A stretch of 64,000 bases of DNA from a virus, in the IMG/VR virus record IMGVR_UViG_3300028840_006010. The stretch is one strand, 5' to 3'. A program made the position numbers and the translations under genes. This document shows positions 29,119 through 38,155 of the stretch, one piece after another. How positions within the stretch are numbered: the stretch's first letter is position 1; every line of letters starts with the position of its first letter. Below the pieces are notes generated by a model. It did not search any database, was not told the origin of the DNA, and saw only the letters and a program-made list of their open reading frames with translations.

Positions 29119-30196
29119 AATCTGATGGATTTATTTGAACGTTTCTTATAAAGATATTATTTACTAAACCATCTCCTCCATAACTAAGGAACATAAACGG
29201 GTCATCAAATTTTTCATAACGTAAAATTTTAATCATTTCTTTTGGGATTGTTACATTACTACAACCTCTACCTGCGGATTCATACGGTTTAGGTGTAAAA
29301 CCATATAATGATTTTGATTTGTAAATACCGGGCGATAAATGATAACCATAAAAATTTGTATCGATACCAAGATTTATTTTAGATTTTCCTTTCTCCTTTG
29401 CTTCAATCATCATTTTTGCATATGCTAATTCATCGAGATATTTACTATCCCGAGTGAAAGCTGAATAAGAGGCAGAATATCTATCACCCAGGTCTTTTAA
29501 TAAACGACCTCCTAATAATTTATCATCTTTTTTAATGTAAAATCCTGTATGTTTTTTTGGTGGAAATATACCACTTAATTTATCAGAAGGACGACCACGA
29601 GGTTTGCTTGTCAATGTTTTTTCATAAACATCTCTGTACCAACTTTTGTATAAATCTTGGTCCTGCATGTCTCTATCCCAATATAATTCTAAATCCTCAT
29701 TACGTTTACCTTCTTGTAATGAATTCAATGCTCGTCTTATATCACGACCTTTTTTAATGCTTTTAATATACGTTTCAATGTCTTGTACAGGACGTGTCCA
29801 AGTTACACGAGAAGGCACTTCAAAAAATCCTTGTTCAGTTAAAAATTTTTTAACAGTAGCATCATATTTCGTTACAACTATAATATCATCATTTAATTTT
29901 AATTCATTTCGTAATATGCCAGCCATTGTACCATAATTTGGATTGCTTACATGTTTTCTTATTGCGTCAAAACCTTTCCATCTTTCCTTATGTATTCTAA
30001 CTTTTGGAAACTTTTTTTCTTGTTTTAATACTTCAATTTTCACATCATCTGATGGGTCATTCAATAACATGCCGTATATTACATCAGTAATATTTGGATT
30101 GTTTGCTAACGCGATACGGTCCTGTATATTATTGCTATCAGCGAATTGGAACATATCATTAACGTTTGTTGTTGTTTCTGGATTAACATGTTGCAT
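29081..30196 (-). CDS. hypothetical protein (371 aa) with N-terminal LRV/HEAT-like repeats (IALANNPNITDVIYGMLLNDPSDDVKIEVL)
   Basis: Overlaps the downstream minus-strand gene by 38 nt. Divergent promoter region at 30197-30476 with TTTATATA. Confidence 0.7.
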   Translation of the reverse strand: MQHVNPETTTNVNDMFQFADSNNIQDRIALANNPNITDVIYGMLLNDPSDDVKIEVLKQEKKFPKVRIHKERWKGFDAIRKHVSNPNYGTMAGILRNELKLNDDIIVVTKYDATVKKFLTEQGFFEVPSRVTWTRPVQDIETYIKSIKKGRDIRRALNSLQEGKRNEDLELYWDRDMQDQDLYKSWYRDVYEKTLTSKPRGRPSDKLSGIFPPKKHTGFYIKKDDKLLGGRLLKDLGDRYSASYSAFTRDSKYLDELAYAKMMIEAKEKGKSKINLGIDTNFYGYHLSPGIYKSKSLYGFTPKPYESAGRGCSNVTIPKEMIKILRYEKFDDPFMFLSYGGDGLVNNIFIRNVQINPSDYEAPGGVKVWRV

Positions 30197-30476
30197 ATAT
30201 GGATTAAAAGGTCTACAATCAAAACGATTTCTGACACCATCACGGTCAATGTCACCATTAGGATTTAAGTTAAAGAACGATTTGGATTGCGACCAATTTA
30301 AATCAAAAGGCTTCCAATAATTAGTAAAACGTTTTCTCTCTCGCAGATGGAACCACCTTACAGTATATATGTGTGCGTTCTTATTTATATTTTTTGAAAC
30401 TGTCTGAGGATGTTTGAAAAAAACGAAAACATTAAAAAAAGAAACAACATAATCGAATGATACGGATGGTCTTTGG

Positions 30477-30785
30477 ATGGATATTTGTATATATACAACA
30501 CCTGAAAAACTCGAGCATAAAAAAGGTGGAGACGGTTTTGAGGAATATTATTGGTATTTGCGTAATATCCCGAAACGTTTCAAAGTAGGGGAACGGATAT
30601 ATTTTGCAGTCAAAGGTAAAGTTGCAGGCTCATTCATGTGTAATGAATTTAACCTACACAATGATGAAACAATTTGTTGGAATAAGAATTCATGGAAGCC
30701 TATTGATGATGATATATCTACAAAACCGTTTCAAGGTTTTCGATATCGGTGGTTTGATGTTACAACAGAAGGTAAAGATAAATGA
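30477..30785 (+). CDS. hypothetical protein (possible small beta-barrel PUA/ASCH-like fold)
   Basis: 102-aa ORF. Confidence 0.4.
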   Translation: MDICIYTTPEKLEHKKGGDGFEEYYWYLRNIPKRFKVGERIYFAVKGKVAGSFMCNEFNLHNDETICWNKNSWKPIDDDISTKPFQGFRYRWFDVTTEGKDK

Positions 30786-30917
30786 ATAAATATAGCATAA
30801 TATTTGATAATACATTATGGAAATCATTTTCAATCTTTAAAAAATGTATTGCTTTTATCTTGTTACCTTTTTTAGTAATGGATGCATTGCGACATCTTAA
30901 AGCAATGAAAAAAATGA

Positions 30918-31190
30918 ATGAAGGAAATGAATATGGTAGAAGAAAGAACATTCGAAGTGGAAGAATATACGATAGGTTCTCGTGAGAAAACCGAACGTAT
31001 CATTTTTACCGACAAGAAGCAGTTGTTAGACGCCAAACAAGCGTTCAATGATGGACGCGATATTTTAGTGAAAGTGAAAGACGAAAACGGACAGGGTCTC
31101 ATTATCACTGTACCGCAAACAATGATAAGCAATCGTTTATACAAAGGTGAAATTGTGTTAGCCGCTAGAGATAAAGGTGATGCAGAATGA
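30918..31190 (+). CDS. small soluble protein, possible NfeD-like OB-fold partner of the flotillin gene
   Basis: 4-nt overlap (ATGA) with the flotillin start; beta-rich C-terminus. Functional call from synteny only. Confidence 0.3.
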   Translation: MKEMNMVEERTFEVEEYTIGSREKTERIIFTDKKQLLDAKQAFNDGRDILVKVKDENGQGLIITVPQTMISNRLYKGEIVLAARDKGDAE

Positions 31191-32824
31191 TACCTATACC
31201 ATTATGGATTATTCCAATTATCGCTGGCGTTTTAGCCTTGCTTATTATGGCAATGTTACGAACTGTTGTACCGCCAAATAAAATTGATATCGTAATCAGG
31301 AAACGAAGTTCAACTATTTATTGTGCCAATCAAGAATATTTCATCAAACCAAAACGTGATGAAAAAGGAATGGTAGTTCCACACACCGAATCTGATTTGA
31401 AAGGAATACAAATCAATTCCGTTTATTATCATATACCATCATGGGTGCCTGGATTTGGTATGTATGTAAGAAGATTACCATTAGATATGATGGAAATCAA
31501 GGTTCCTAACTTTGTGGCGTTTGATGAAAACAGGGCACGTTTTGAATGTGACATTGTAGCTTTTTGTGCTATTGTTGATGGTGTAACAGCATCAATGCGT
31601 ATGCCCGACACATCAGAAGCTTTACATGCACAAGTAAAGCAAGTTCTTTGGGCAACAATGCGTGACAGTACAACTAAAATGACTGTGCGAACAATCATTA
31701 ACAATCGTAAGAAAATAATTGATAGCATTCGTGACCCATTAAAAGAAGCACTCGATGAATGGGGTCTTGGACTGAAAGATATTGAAATCATTGAGTTCAA
31801 AGACGCACCTGAAACAAAGGTTATTACAAATATTTCATCAATTCGTGAACAAGAAATTGAAACTGAAGCACGTCAAAAGAATGCCGACCAAGTGATGAAA
31901 GCACGTCTCGTTGAAGCAGAATCAGATGAAAAAGCACAAATGCGTGAAATTGAACGTGATGAAGTAGTTGCCAAACGTCAACAGGATAAATTAAAAATGA
32001 TTGCATCACAGGAAAAGGAAGCGAAGAAAGAACAACTCGAAGTGACACGTGTTGATAAAGTTAAGAATCAAGAAATTGAAAAGGAGAAAGCTCAGGTATT
32101 CGCTGAACAAGAAAAGATTGTTGCAAAAATTGATGCAGAAAAACAAAAGGAAGTTGAGGCAATTATCAAGCAACAAAAACAATTAGCTGGTGAAGGAGAT
32201 AAATTACGTGACATTGAACAAGCAAAAGGTAAAGCAGCTCCGATTCGGGAAATGGGTCTTGCTGAAGCAGATATCATTGAAAAGAAATTGATTGCCGAAG
32301 CGAAAGGTAAAGACGAATTACAAAAAGCGTTGAACAAATTCGGTATCAGCGGTATCAAAGCAATGACTGCTATCCGTGAAATCGAGAAGGATGAAAACGT
32401 ATATTCCAAACTTGCTGAATCAGTAAAATACGCTGACACAAAAGTATTCATGGGCAACGAAGGAAAAGATGCTTTCAAATTCTCTCAAGCAATGGAAGGA
32501 TTGTTAACAGGAAGCGGTGCTACAGGACGAGCAATACTTAATCGAATAGCTCAACCAAACGACCTCGGTTTCAGTAAAAAGGATTATGTGGCACTCGCTG
32601 TAGCGTTATCAAAAAATCCTGAATTGAAGGAACAAGTCCGTTTGGAAATGGATAAAGCAACTGATGAAGAAAAACAACAACTAGAGGAAAGCATTGAAAC
32701 AGAAGACGATTACCTCGATGAATGGTCTCAACAAATAATAACTCCCGTAGACATGAGTGAGAAGGTGGAACAAGAGGAAAACGAAAAAATACCAAAACGT
32801 AAAAAACCAATGAAGAGGAAGTAA
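31187..32824 (+). CDS. flotillin-like SPFH/band-7 membrane protein with long coiled-coil region
   Basis: N-terminal TM helix, VVPPNKIDIVIR, TKDNV-like block, LGLKDIEIIEFKD. Followed by ~200 aa of EA/KQ-rich heptads. Confidence 0.7.
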   Translation: MIPIPLWIIPIIAGVLALLIMAMLRTVVPPNKIDIVIRKRSSTIYCANQEYFIKPKRDEKGMVVPHTESDLKGIQINSVYYHIPSWVPGFGMYVRRLPLDMMEIKVPNFVAFDENRARFECDIVAFCAIVDGVTASMRMPDTSEALHAQVKQVLWATMRDSTTKMTVRTIINNRKKIIDSIRDPLKEALDEWGLGLKDIEIIEFKDAPETKVITNISSIREQEIETEARQKNADQVMKARLVEAESDEKAQMREIERDEVVAKRQQDKLKMIASQEKEAKKEQLEVTRVDKVKNQEIEKEKAQVFAEQEKIVAKIDAEKQKEVEAIIKQQKQLAGEGDKLRDIEQAKGKAAPIREMGLAEADIIEKKLIAEAKGKDELQKALNKFGISGIKAMTAIREIEKDENVYSKLAESVKYADTKVFMGNEGKDAFKFSQAMEGLLTGSGATGRAILNRIAQPNDLGFSKKDYVALAVALSKNPELKEQVRLEMDKATDEEKQQLEESIETEDDYLDEWSQQIITPVDMSEKVEQEENEKIPKRKKPMKRK

Positions 32825-32852
32825 TCTTCCTCTTTTTTCTGGTGGTGAGGAA

Positions 32853-33323
32853 TTGAGAGGAATTGGATTATTTATAGCAATGAGCATCTTTTTAATTTTT
32901 AGTATGTTTATATTTCTTGGTACTATCGATGACATCGTAGATGATGTTGATGAAGAGGTTGGATTTAATAATAGTTCAATATTCACCATCAAAAAAATAA
33001 TGCCATTGATTTCTATTCTTATTATTATTACAGCCCTATTAATGCTCATTACTTTTTTATCACGTATGTTTGGTGCTATGGGCGGACATCGAGATTATTA
33101 TGATGAAGAAGAGGAACGCCGACAAAGATTAGAAAAAGAACGAAGAAAAACATTAGAAAATGAATTAGAAAGATATCGAAAAAGAAGTAATGCTGAAATC
33201 ATGAAGATGTTTGATGAATCTCCTATTGAAAAAAAAATCGATAAACCGAAACCAATCAAAGAAACCAAAAAACTTAAAAAAGGATTAAAGGATAGACTAA
33301 TTGGCAAGGACGAGTGGAAATGA
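32853..33323 (+). CDS. membrane protein with charged coiled-coil tail
   Basis: Two TM helices; EEEERRQRLEKERRK tail. SD GGTGGTGAGG upstream, TTG start. Confidence 0.5.
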   Translation: MRGIGLFIAMSIFLIFSMFIFLGTIDDIVDDVDEEVGFNNSSIFTIKKIMPLISILIIITALLMLITFLSRMFGAMGGHRDYYDEEEERRQRLEKERRKTLENELERYRKRSNAEIMKMFDESPIEKKIDKPKPIKETKKLKKGLKDRLIGKDEWK

Positions 33324-33822
33324 ATGTAAAAGGACAGAATGTTGTTGTATTTGTTAATAAAAATAGGAAGATAGTAGGAAAGGTTTCATCATTAGATGGC
33401 AGAAAGGTATTGATTAAAACAAAAAACGGTGATGAACATTGGGTTGATTATCGCAAGTTGAGAACGTGTAGGGAATAAAAATGTCTAAAGGAAATATATG
33501 TCCAAATTGTAATAAGCAAAGATTACATAAAACAGGTACAAAAGTTGTAGTTGTTTATTCTTGTGAATGTGGTTTCGAGGGTCACTCGTTTTAGAAAGTG
33601 GTTTGAAATGTCTAAAGTTAGGATTAAATATAGAAAAAATTCACATGAAAAATACTTTTCATATATTCGTTCCGCGGATGACCCCTTCATGTTTGATTTG
33701 GTAAAAACTACTTTTTTGAAAACTGATGCTGACAGGATTCAAGTTGTGTTAGAAAAGGTTGAAGAAAAGAAACCCAAAATCAAAATATCAAAATGTAATT
33801 GTAGAATATAAGAGGATTTGAA

Positions 33823-34269
33823 ATGGAATTAGAAGAGTGGACAGAAAGAAAAGATAAGCTGAAGAATAGATACAAAAATAGAGAAGATTTAAGAAAAGAT
33901 TGTGTCAAGAAATTAGATAAGGACAACTTTGTTTTTATGGAATTCGTTGATTTGATAGGCATATATCCTGTCGGTATTGACAGTTTACATACAATGCGTG
34001 ATGTAAAATGGTACAATGTCAAGGATGATTCTTTAGAGGCAATGGAAACCAAAGAAAAGATAAAACAAATCACTAATATTCTTAAAGACCATGTTACTTT
34101 AGAAAAAGTGATTGAAGATGCTCTTACTGAAACAAATCCAAGTGACCTAAATGAAATATTTGAACGTGTTGTATTGAAAAGAGGTAAAATAAAGGAGGAA
34201 GAAGGTTGCTACAAGTTGATTCTTGGAGGAAAACGAGGTGCACCTTTCGAATTTGCACTTAGAGATTAG
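33823..34269 (+). CDS. hypothetical protein
   Basis: 148-aa ORF. Confidence 0.45.
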   Translation: MELEEWTERKDKLKNRYKNREDLRKDCVKKLDKDNFVFMEFVDLIGIYPVGIDSLHTMRDVKWYNVKDDSLEAMETKEKIKQITNILKDHVTLEKVIEDALTETNPSDLNEIFERVVLKRGKIKEEEGCYKLILGGKRGAPFEFALRD

Positions 34270-34442
34270 ATGATAACGTTTAAATATATATAATTCATTT
34301 TATATAATGATGCTGAAATGTCTATAACGCCATATTGTGCTTGTTTTGGTTGTGGTCAATCTCTCTCGCACCATCTTTCAATTCATATTCACAATACGGG
34401 GTGGATAAAATTTACGCGTCAAAAATATATAAGGTGACATGA

Positions 34443-35390
34443 ATGAATGATATTGAAATTAAGGCAACGCTTCATGAAATACTTGAAGGTAAGATTGTCA
34501 TTAACAAAAAGGTTTATTCAATCAAGTATTTACATGATTTGGAGGCAATTGAACAACAACCACAACCTGAAACCCTACCGCAACCTGTTATCGAACCTGT
34601 AATAATAACAAGAAATCAACATAACAAAGGGAAAGTTTTAGCGAAAACACCAACAATAGATATTAATGAAAATGTGTACATCGATATTATTTATTGTATT
34701 AAAAAACAATTTACGTTAGATAAAATATTAAAGGATATACTTTCTCCTTATTATCCAGGAGCCAAGGAAAAATCATTAAAAACATATTATAGAAGATATT
34801 TACAATTTGTACGTGAATGGAATCCTGAATTGATTCCTTTTATTGGTGAATCACACACAAGAACAATTAAAAAATCTGTTAAAAAAGAACAAACTGAAAA
34901 AGGAAAACCTGACAAAGGAAAAGTTATTGGTAAAGATTCGTTTTTGACATATTATGAAAACATTGCCCATGACATCAAAATCGCTATAGAAAAAGAAAAA
35001 TCAAAACAAGAAATTGCTGATACAGTTATGGAAAAATATTATCCCGCTGTAATGAAAAAAACAAAACTGAATTATGCCAGTCGTTATATGAAATTTGTTA
35101 TTAAACGAGAAGATAGAAAGCGACCACCTGAAAATGCATACGGATATAGTAAAAAATATCACACCTATGTTACACCTGAAGAAGTAAAGGAAGTTAAAAA
35201 GGCAATTTTGTATGTTGCATATGATTACAAACCAACTTCAAAAAATATTATAAAACAATCTAAATTGAAATATCATCGTGCAATGGCTGTATTAAGCATT
35301 CTTAAAAACCAAAGAAAGATTTCCAGGACAATGGATGATAAAGGTGATTTTGTTTATAAATGGATTGAGAATGAAAAAATCGTAAAATAA
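34443..35390 (+). CDS. basic protein with four ~35-aa internal repeats (KxYxxRYxxFV motif)
   Basis: 315 aa; repeats such as SLKTYYRRYLQFV and KLNYASRYMKFV. Confidence 0.55.
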   Translation: MNDIEIKATLHEILEGKIVINKKVYSIKYLHDLEAIEQQPQPETLPQPVIEPVIITRNQHNKGKVLAKTPTIDINENVYIDIIYCIKKQFTLDKILKDILSPYYPGAKEKSLKTYYRRYLQFVREWNPELIPFIGESHTRTIKKSVKKEQTEKGKPDKGKVIGKDSFLTYYENIAHDIKIAIEKEKSKQEIADTVMEKYYPAVMKKTKLNYASRYMKFVIKREDRKRPPENAYGYSKKYHTYVTPEEVKEVKKAILYVAYDYKPTSKNIIKQSKLKYHRAMAVLSILKNQRKISRTMDDKGDFVYKWIENEKIVK

Positions 35391-35780
35391 TATCATCTCT
35401 AAATAATCTAGAGGATTCAAAACTTATATAAACCACCGGCAACATAATTATTGTTAGGTTAGGTGGTTCAAACGCGAGAGAGATTATTACTACTTTTTAG
35501 GTGTAAAAAAGTATTTTTTAAGGAGGGATAATTATTTACCAAACATACTTTGTTGTAAAAATAAAAAAGCCTTTTGGTGATGGTACAGTAAAATTTGTGA
35601 GGGGTAAACGTTACTGGGAACCTGAATACTTAGAAGGTTTGAAATTCAAATTTCCTTTAATCAAAAGAGATTTTTCAAAAGACCAGGTTATAGATTTTCT
35701 ACGTAAAAAATGGGATTTTTGGTATAATGATATTGAAATGTTAGAATCAGATGATTATGGAATATTTGGAGGACTCTAAT

Positions 35781-36422
35781 ATGAAAAACAAAAAGAAATA
35801 TATGGCATTGTCGATGATAATGTGCATTACGCTGATAGTAGTTGCTCCACATTCATTGGGAGATGAACCTGTATCAGGCACATTCACTCCAAAAGCAGAA
35901 GCTACTATCTTCGGTGTATATCCTGCAAATACATCAACATCTATTGATAGACCGGCAACTAATATGAGTTCCTATATCAATTCATCGGTGACGTTTGATG
36001 TTTATTTCTATTTGTATAACGAAACTGGTCTGTCACCAACATGGACGCTCATATACAATTGGTCTAACGAAACATCACAACGCTTCAGCGTACCACGTAC
36101 TTATCTTGATGTATTTGGTTTGGGCACGGAATTTATTTGGGGTAACAACACATACACATGGAGAATCATGACTCGGGTATGTGCTACCTGGCAAAATTTT
36201 ACATACACCTATACAACAAATGCTACCACCGTTATTATGGACAAAAACGCAAGAATGGATGTGAACAACAACGGATACATTAATGTGTTTGATACGGCAG
36301 ATGATTGGGCACATCATACGTTCGGCGGATATGCAGAATATAATAGAATATATGATGTAAATAATGACAACAAGGTTGATTCACTTGATTTGTCGGCAAT
36401 CTGGGGTCAAAAAACAATTTAG
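35781..36422 (+). CDS. secreted protein with C-terminal type-I dockerin domain. Paralogous to the C-terminal ~170 aa of the giant adhesin.
   Basis: Signal peptide. Dockerin Ca-binding loops DVNNNGYINVFD and DVNNDNKVDSLD followed by a helix. Shares the FYLYNETGLSPTWTL...WGNNTYTW block with 53060-53556. Confidence 0.7.
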   Translation: MKNKKKYMALSMIMCITLIVVAPHSLGDEPVSGTFTPKAEATIFGVYPANTSTSIDRPATNMSSYINSSVTFDVYFYLYNETGLSPTWTLIYNWSNETSQRFSVPRTYLDVFGLGTEFIWGNNTYTWRIMTRVCATWQNFTYTYTTNATTVIMDKNARMDVNNNGYINVFDTADDWAHHTFGGYAEYNRIYDVNNDNKVDSLDLSAIWGQKTI

Positions 36423-36439
36423 ACTCACTAACTTACTCG

Positions 36440-36490
36440 TTGGTGGGAACCACCAAACCTATCCACTGCTGAAGGGGTTAATACCCCTTC
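36440..36490 (+). terminator. two adjacent GC-rich hairpins (TTGGTGG-GAA-CCACCAA; GAAGGGG-TTAATA-CCCCTTC) immediately after the stop of the dockerin gene
   Basis: Read directly; unusually GC-rich for this genome. Confidence 0.4.
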
Positions 36491-36515
36491 GCGTGGACTT
36501 ACACGAGGTCGAAAT

Positions 36516-36917
36516 ATGTTGAACAAAGCAATAAATCTTGATAATATAATTGAACGATTCAAAACAAAATATCATCCCGATATTTACAAATATGGTAAAT
36601 GTTCAGAATTTGCTGTTGCATTAAAACTATTCATTGATGGAAAAGATGGTAGTACAATAACAATGAAAGAGCTGACAACAGGAGTAGGTGATTTGTATAA
36701 ACATGGTTTATTTCATGTATGCCTATTTTACGATGGGTATTATTGGGATATAAGAGGTAAACAAACTGAGACTGAATTACTTGCAAATGACCCAACAGCA
36801 TTAAATAAAGCAGGTAATCGAAAAGCTCGAATCGATGAAATACAACACCTTTATGATTTACTTGATAAAAATGAAGTGAGAAAAATAATAAGAGGATTGC
36901 AGGAAGCATCAGCATGA
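36516..36917 (+). CDS. hypothetical protein, possible HEPN-like partner (C-terminal RIDEIQHLY, resembling R-x4-6-H-x-Y)
   Basis: 133 aa; overlaps the following NTase gene by ATGA. Confidence 0.35.
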   Translation: MLNKAINLDNIIERFKTKYHPDIYKYGKCSEFAVALKLFIDGKDGSTITMKELTTGVGDLYKHGLFHVCLFYDGYYWDIRGKQTETELLANDPTALNKAGNRKARIDEIQHLYDLLDKNEVRKIIRGLQEASA

Positions 36918-37612
36918 GGATTAAACACAGCGCCACATTGTATCATATGCGAAGAACACTTATTGATAGTGAAGTATTAAAACAAACTCATAAGCGCGGT
37001 AACATTATTTACGGCGGTCAAGCGGTGAAAGCACATATCGGTAAAATTCCATATCTTAGTAGTATTGAACCAAGTGATTGGGATATAGCATCTGATAATC
37101 CAAAACGTGACGCTGAAGAAATGAAACGTATATTAAACAAAAAAATTGGAAACAAATTCTATGTATTACATAAAAGAAAATCACCAAAACGACATGATGA
37201 TGTTTGGTCCGTAAAAAATCGCGACATCACGCCAGGTTTTCGATATGACTATCCACCTGAATCTACAAGAACAGGTATGCCCTTAACGATACATACCTTT
37301 ACAAGTAGGAATCCTTCAATACTATTAGAAAAAAGGTTTGATATCACCGCTGAACAACAAGAACAGTTTAGAGATTTAACTGAAATTGATTATACAAAGA
37401 AAAAAGGCGACCATTTTGATGTTGTATCTTTGTATGATAGGACAACAAATGAACCAATAAAAGTGTGTGTAGTAAGCGAAAAAGATATTATAAAAAGACG
37501 CCGGCAAACGTTAGCTGAACCAGATAAAAAACATCGTTATCATAAGGATGAAAGAACGATAAGAAATTTACAAAAAGCGAAAAAAATTAAAAGAGATTTT
37601 AGGAGGAAATAA
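36914..37612 (+). CDS. Pol-beta-type minimal nucleotidyltransferase (MNT) fold protein with basic C-terminal tail
   Basis: IIYGGQAVKAHIGKIPYLSSIEPSDWDIAS matches the hG[GS]x9-13-DhDh NTase motif. Downstream acidic HDDVW. Confidence 0.5.
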   Translation: MRIKHSATLYHMRRTLIDSEVLKQTHKRGNIIYGGQAVKAHIGKIPYLSSIEPSDWDIASDNPKRDAEEMKRILNKKIGNKFYVLHKRKSPKRHDDVWSVKNRDITPGFRYDYPPESTRTGMPLTIHTFTSRNPSILLEKRFDITAEQQEQFRDLTEIDYTKKKGDHFDVVSLYDRTTNEPIKVCVVSEKDIIKRRRQTLAEPDKKHRYHKDERTIRNLQKAKKIKRDFRRK

Positions 37613-37613
37613 A

Positions 37614-37844
37614 ATGGATTTCATACCAACATTTCATTTCATATCTTCTTTGGTTATATTCGGTTTGCTGATGTATATGTATAATCCGACAATCGAGTAC
37701 TTAAGCGGTGTTATGGGAATACATGCAGGTACTAATACATACGCGGCCGCTATGTTCTTCTTTTGGTCAATAATTGCTCTAGTTAACATATTTGGGTCGG
37801 GAATTCGATTGATAATGAAAATGCAACAGAGGCCACGATTATGA
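37614..37844 (+). CDS. small membrane protein
   Basis: Two TM helices. Confidence 0.45.
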   Translation: MDFIPTFHFISSLVIFGLLMYMYNPTIEYLSGVMGIHAGTNTYAAAMFFFWSIIALVNIFGSGIRLIMKMQQRPRL

Positions 37845-38155
37845 GATGGATTAAAGCATCAATAGGATTAGCAGCCTTCGGTTTTATTAATTTAGTCCTA
37901 TTCATAGCAATAAGCGCCCCGTTTTCATCAGTATTACACGCAATGTCCGATGAAGCAGGAAAATTGGATGAATATGAATACAACTATTCTTCAGGACAAG
38001 GAGAAAAAACAGGAAGGACCTTAAACAATAGTAATTTCCAACATTTTTACGGTATGATTCGTATGATATTTGGATTAACATTCGTATTCAGTATGTTTGG
38101 TTCGATTGTATGGTTCTTCTTAGGAACACATGAAGAGGAATATGAACAAGCTTAA
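37841..38155 (+). CDS. small membrane protein (paralogous motif VWFFLGT shared with 58602..59051)
   Basis: Two TM helices. Confidence 0.45.
   Translation: MRWIKASIGLAAFGFINLVLFIAISAPFSSVLHAMSDEAGKLDEYEYNYSSGQGEKTGRTLNNSNFQHFYGMIRMIFGLTFVFSMFGSIVWFFLGTHEEEYEQA

Noticed and set aside
36423-36515. Possible tRNA in the GC-rich stretch after the dockerin gene
   Set aside because: Hairpins have 6-nt and 3-nt loops and no acceptor/D/anticodon/T-arm cloverleaf can be drawn. Treated as terminator-like hairpins.
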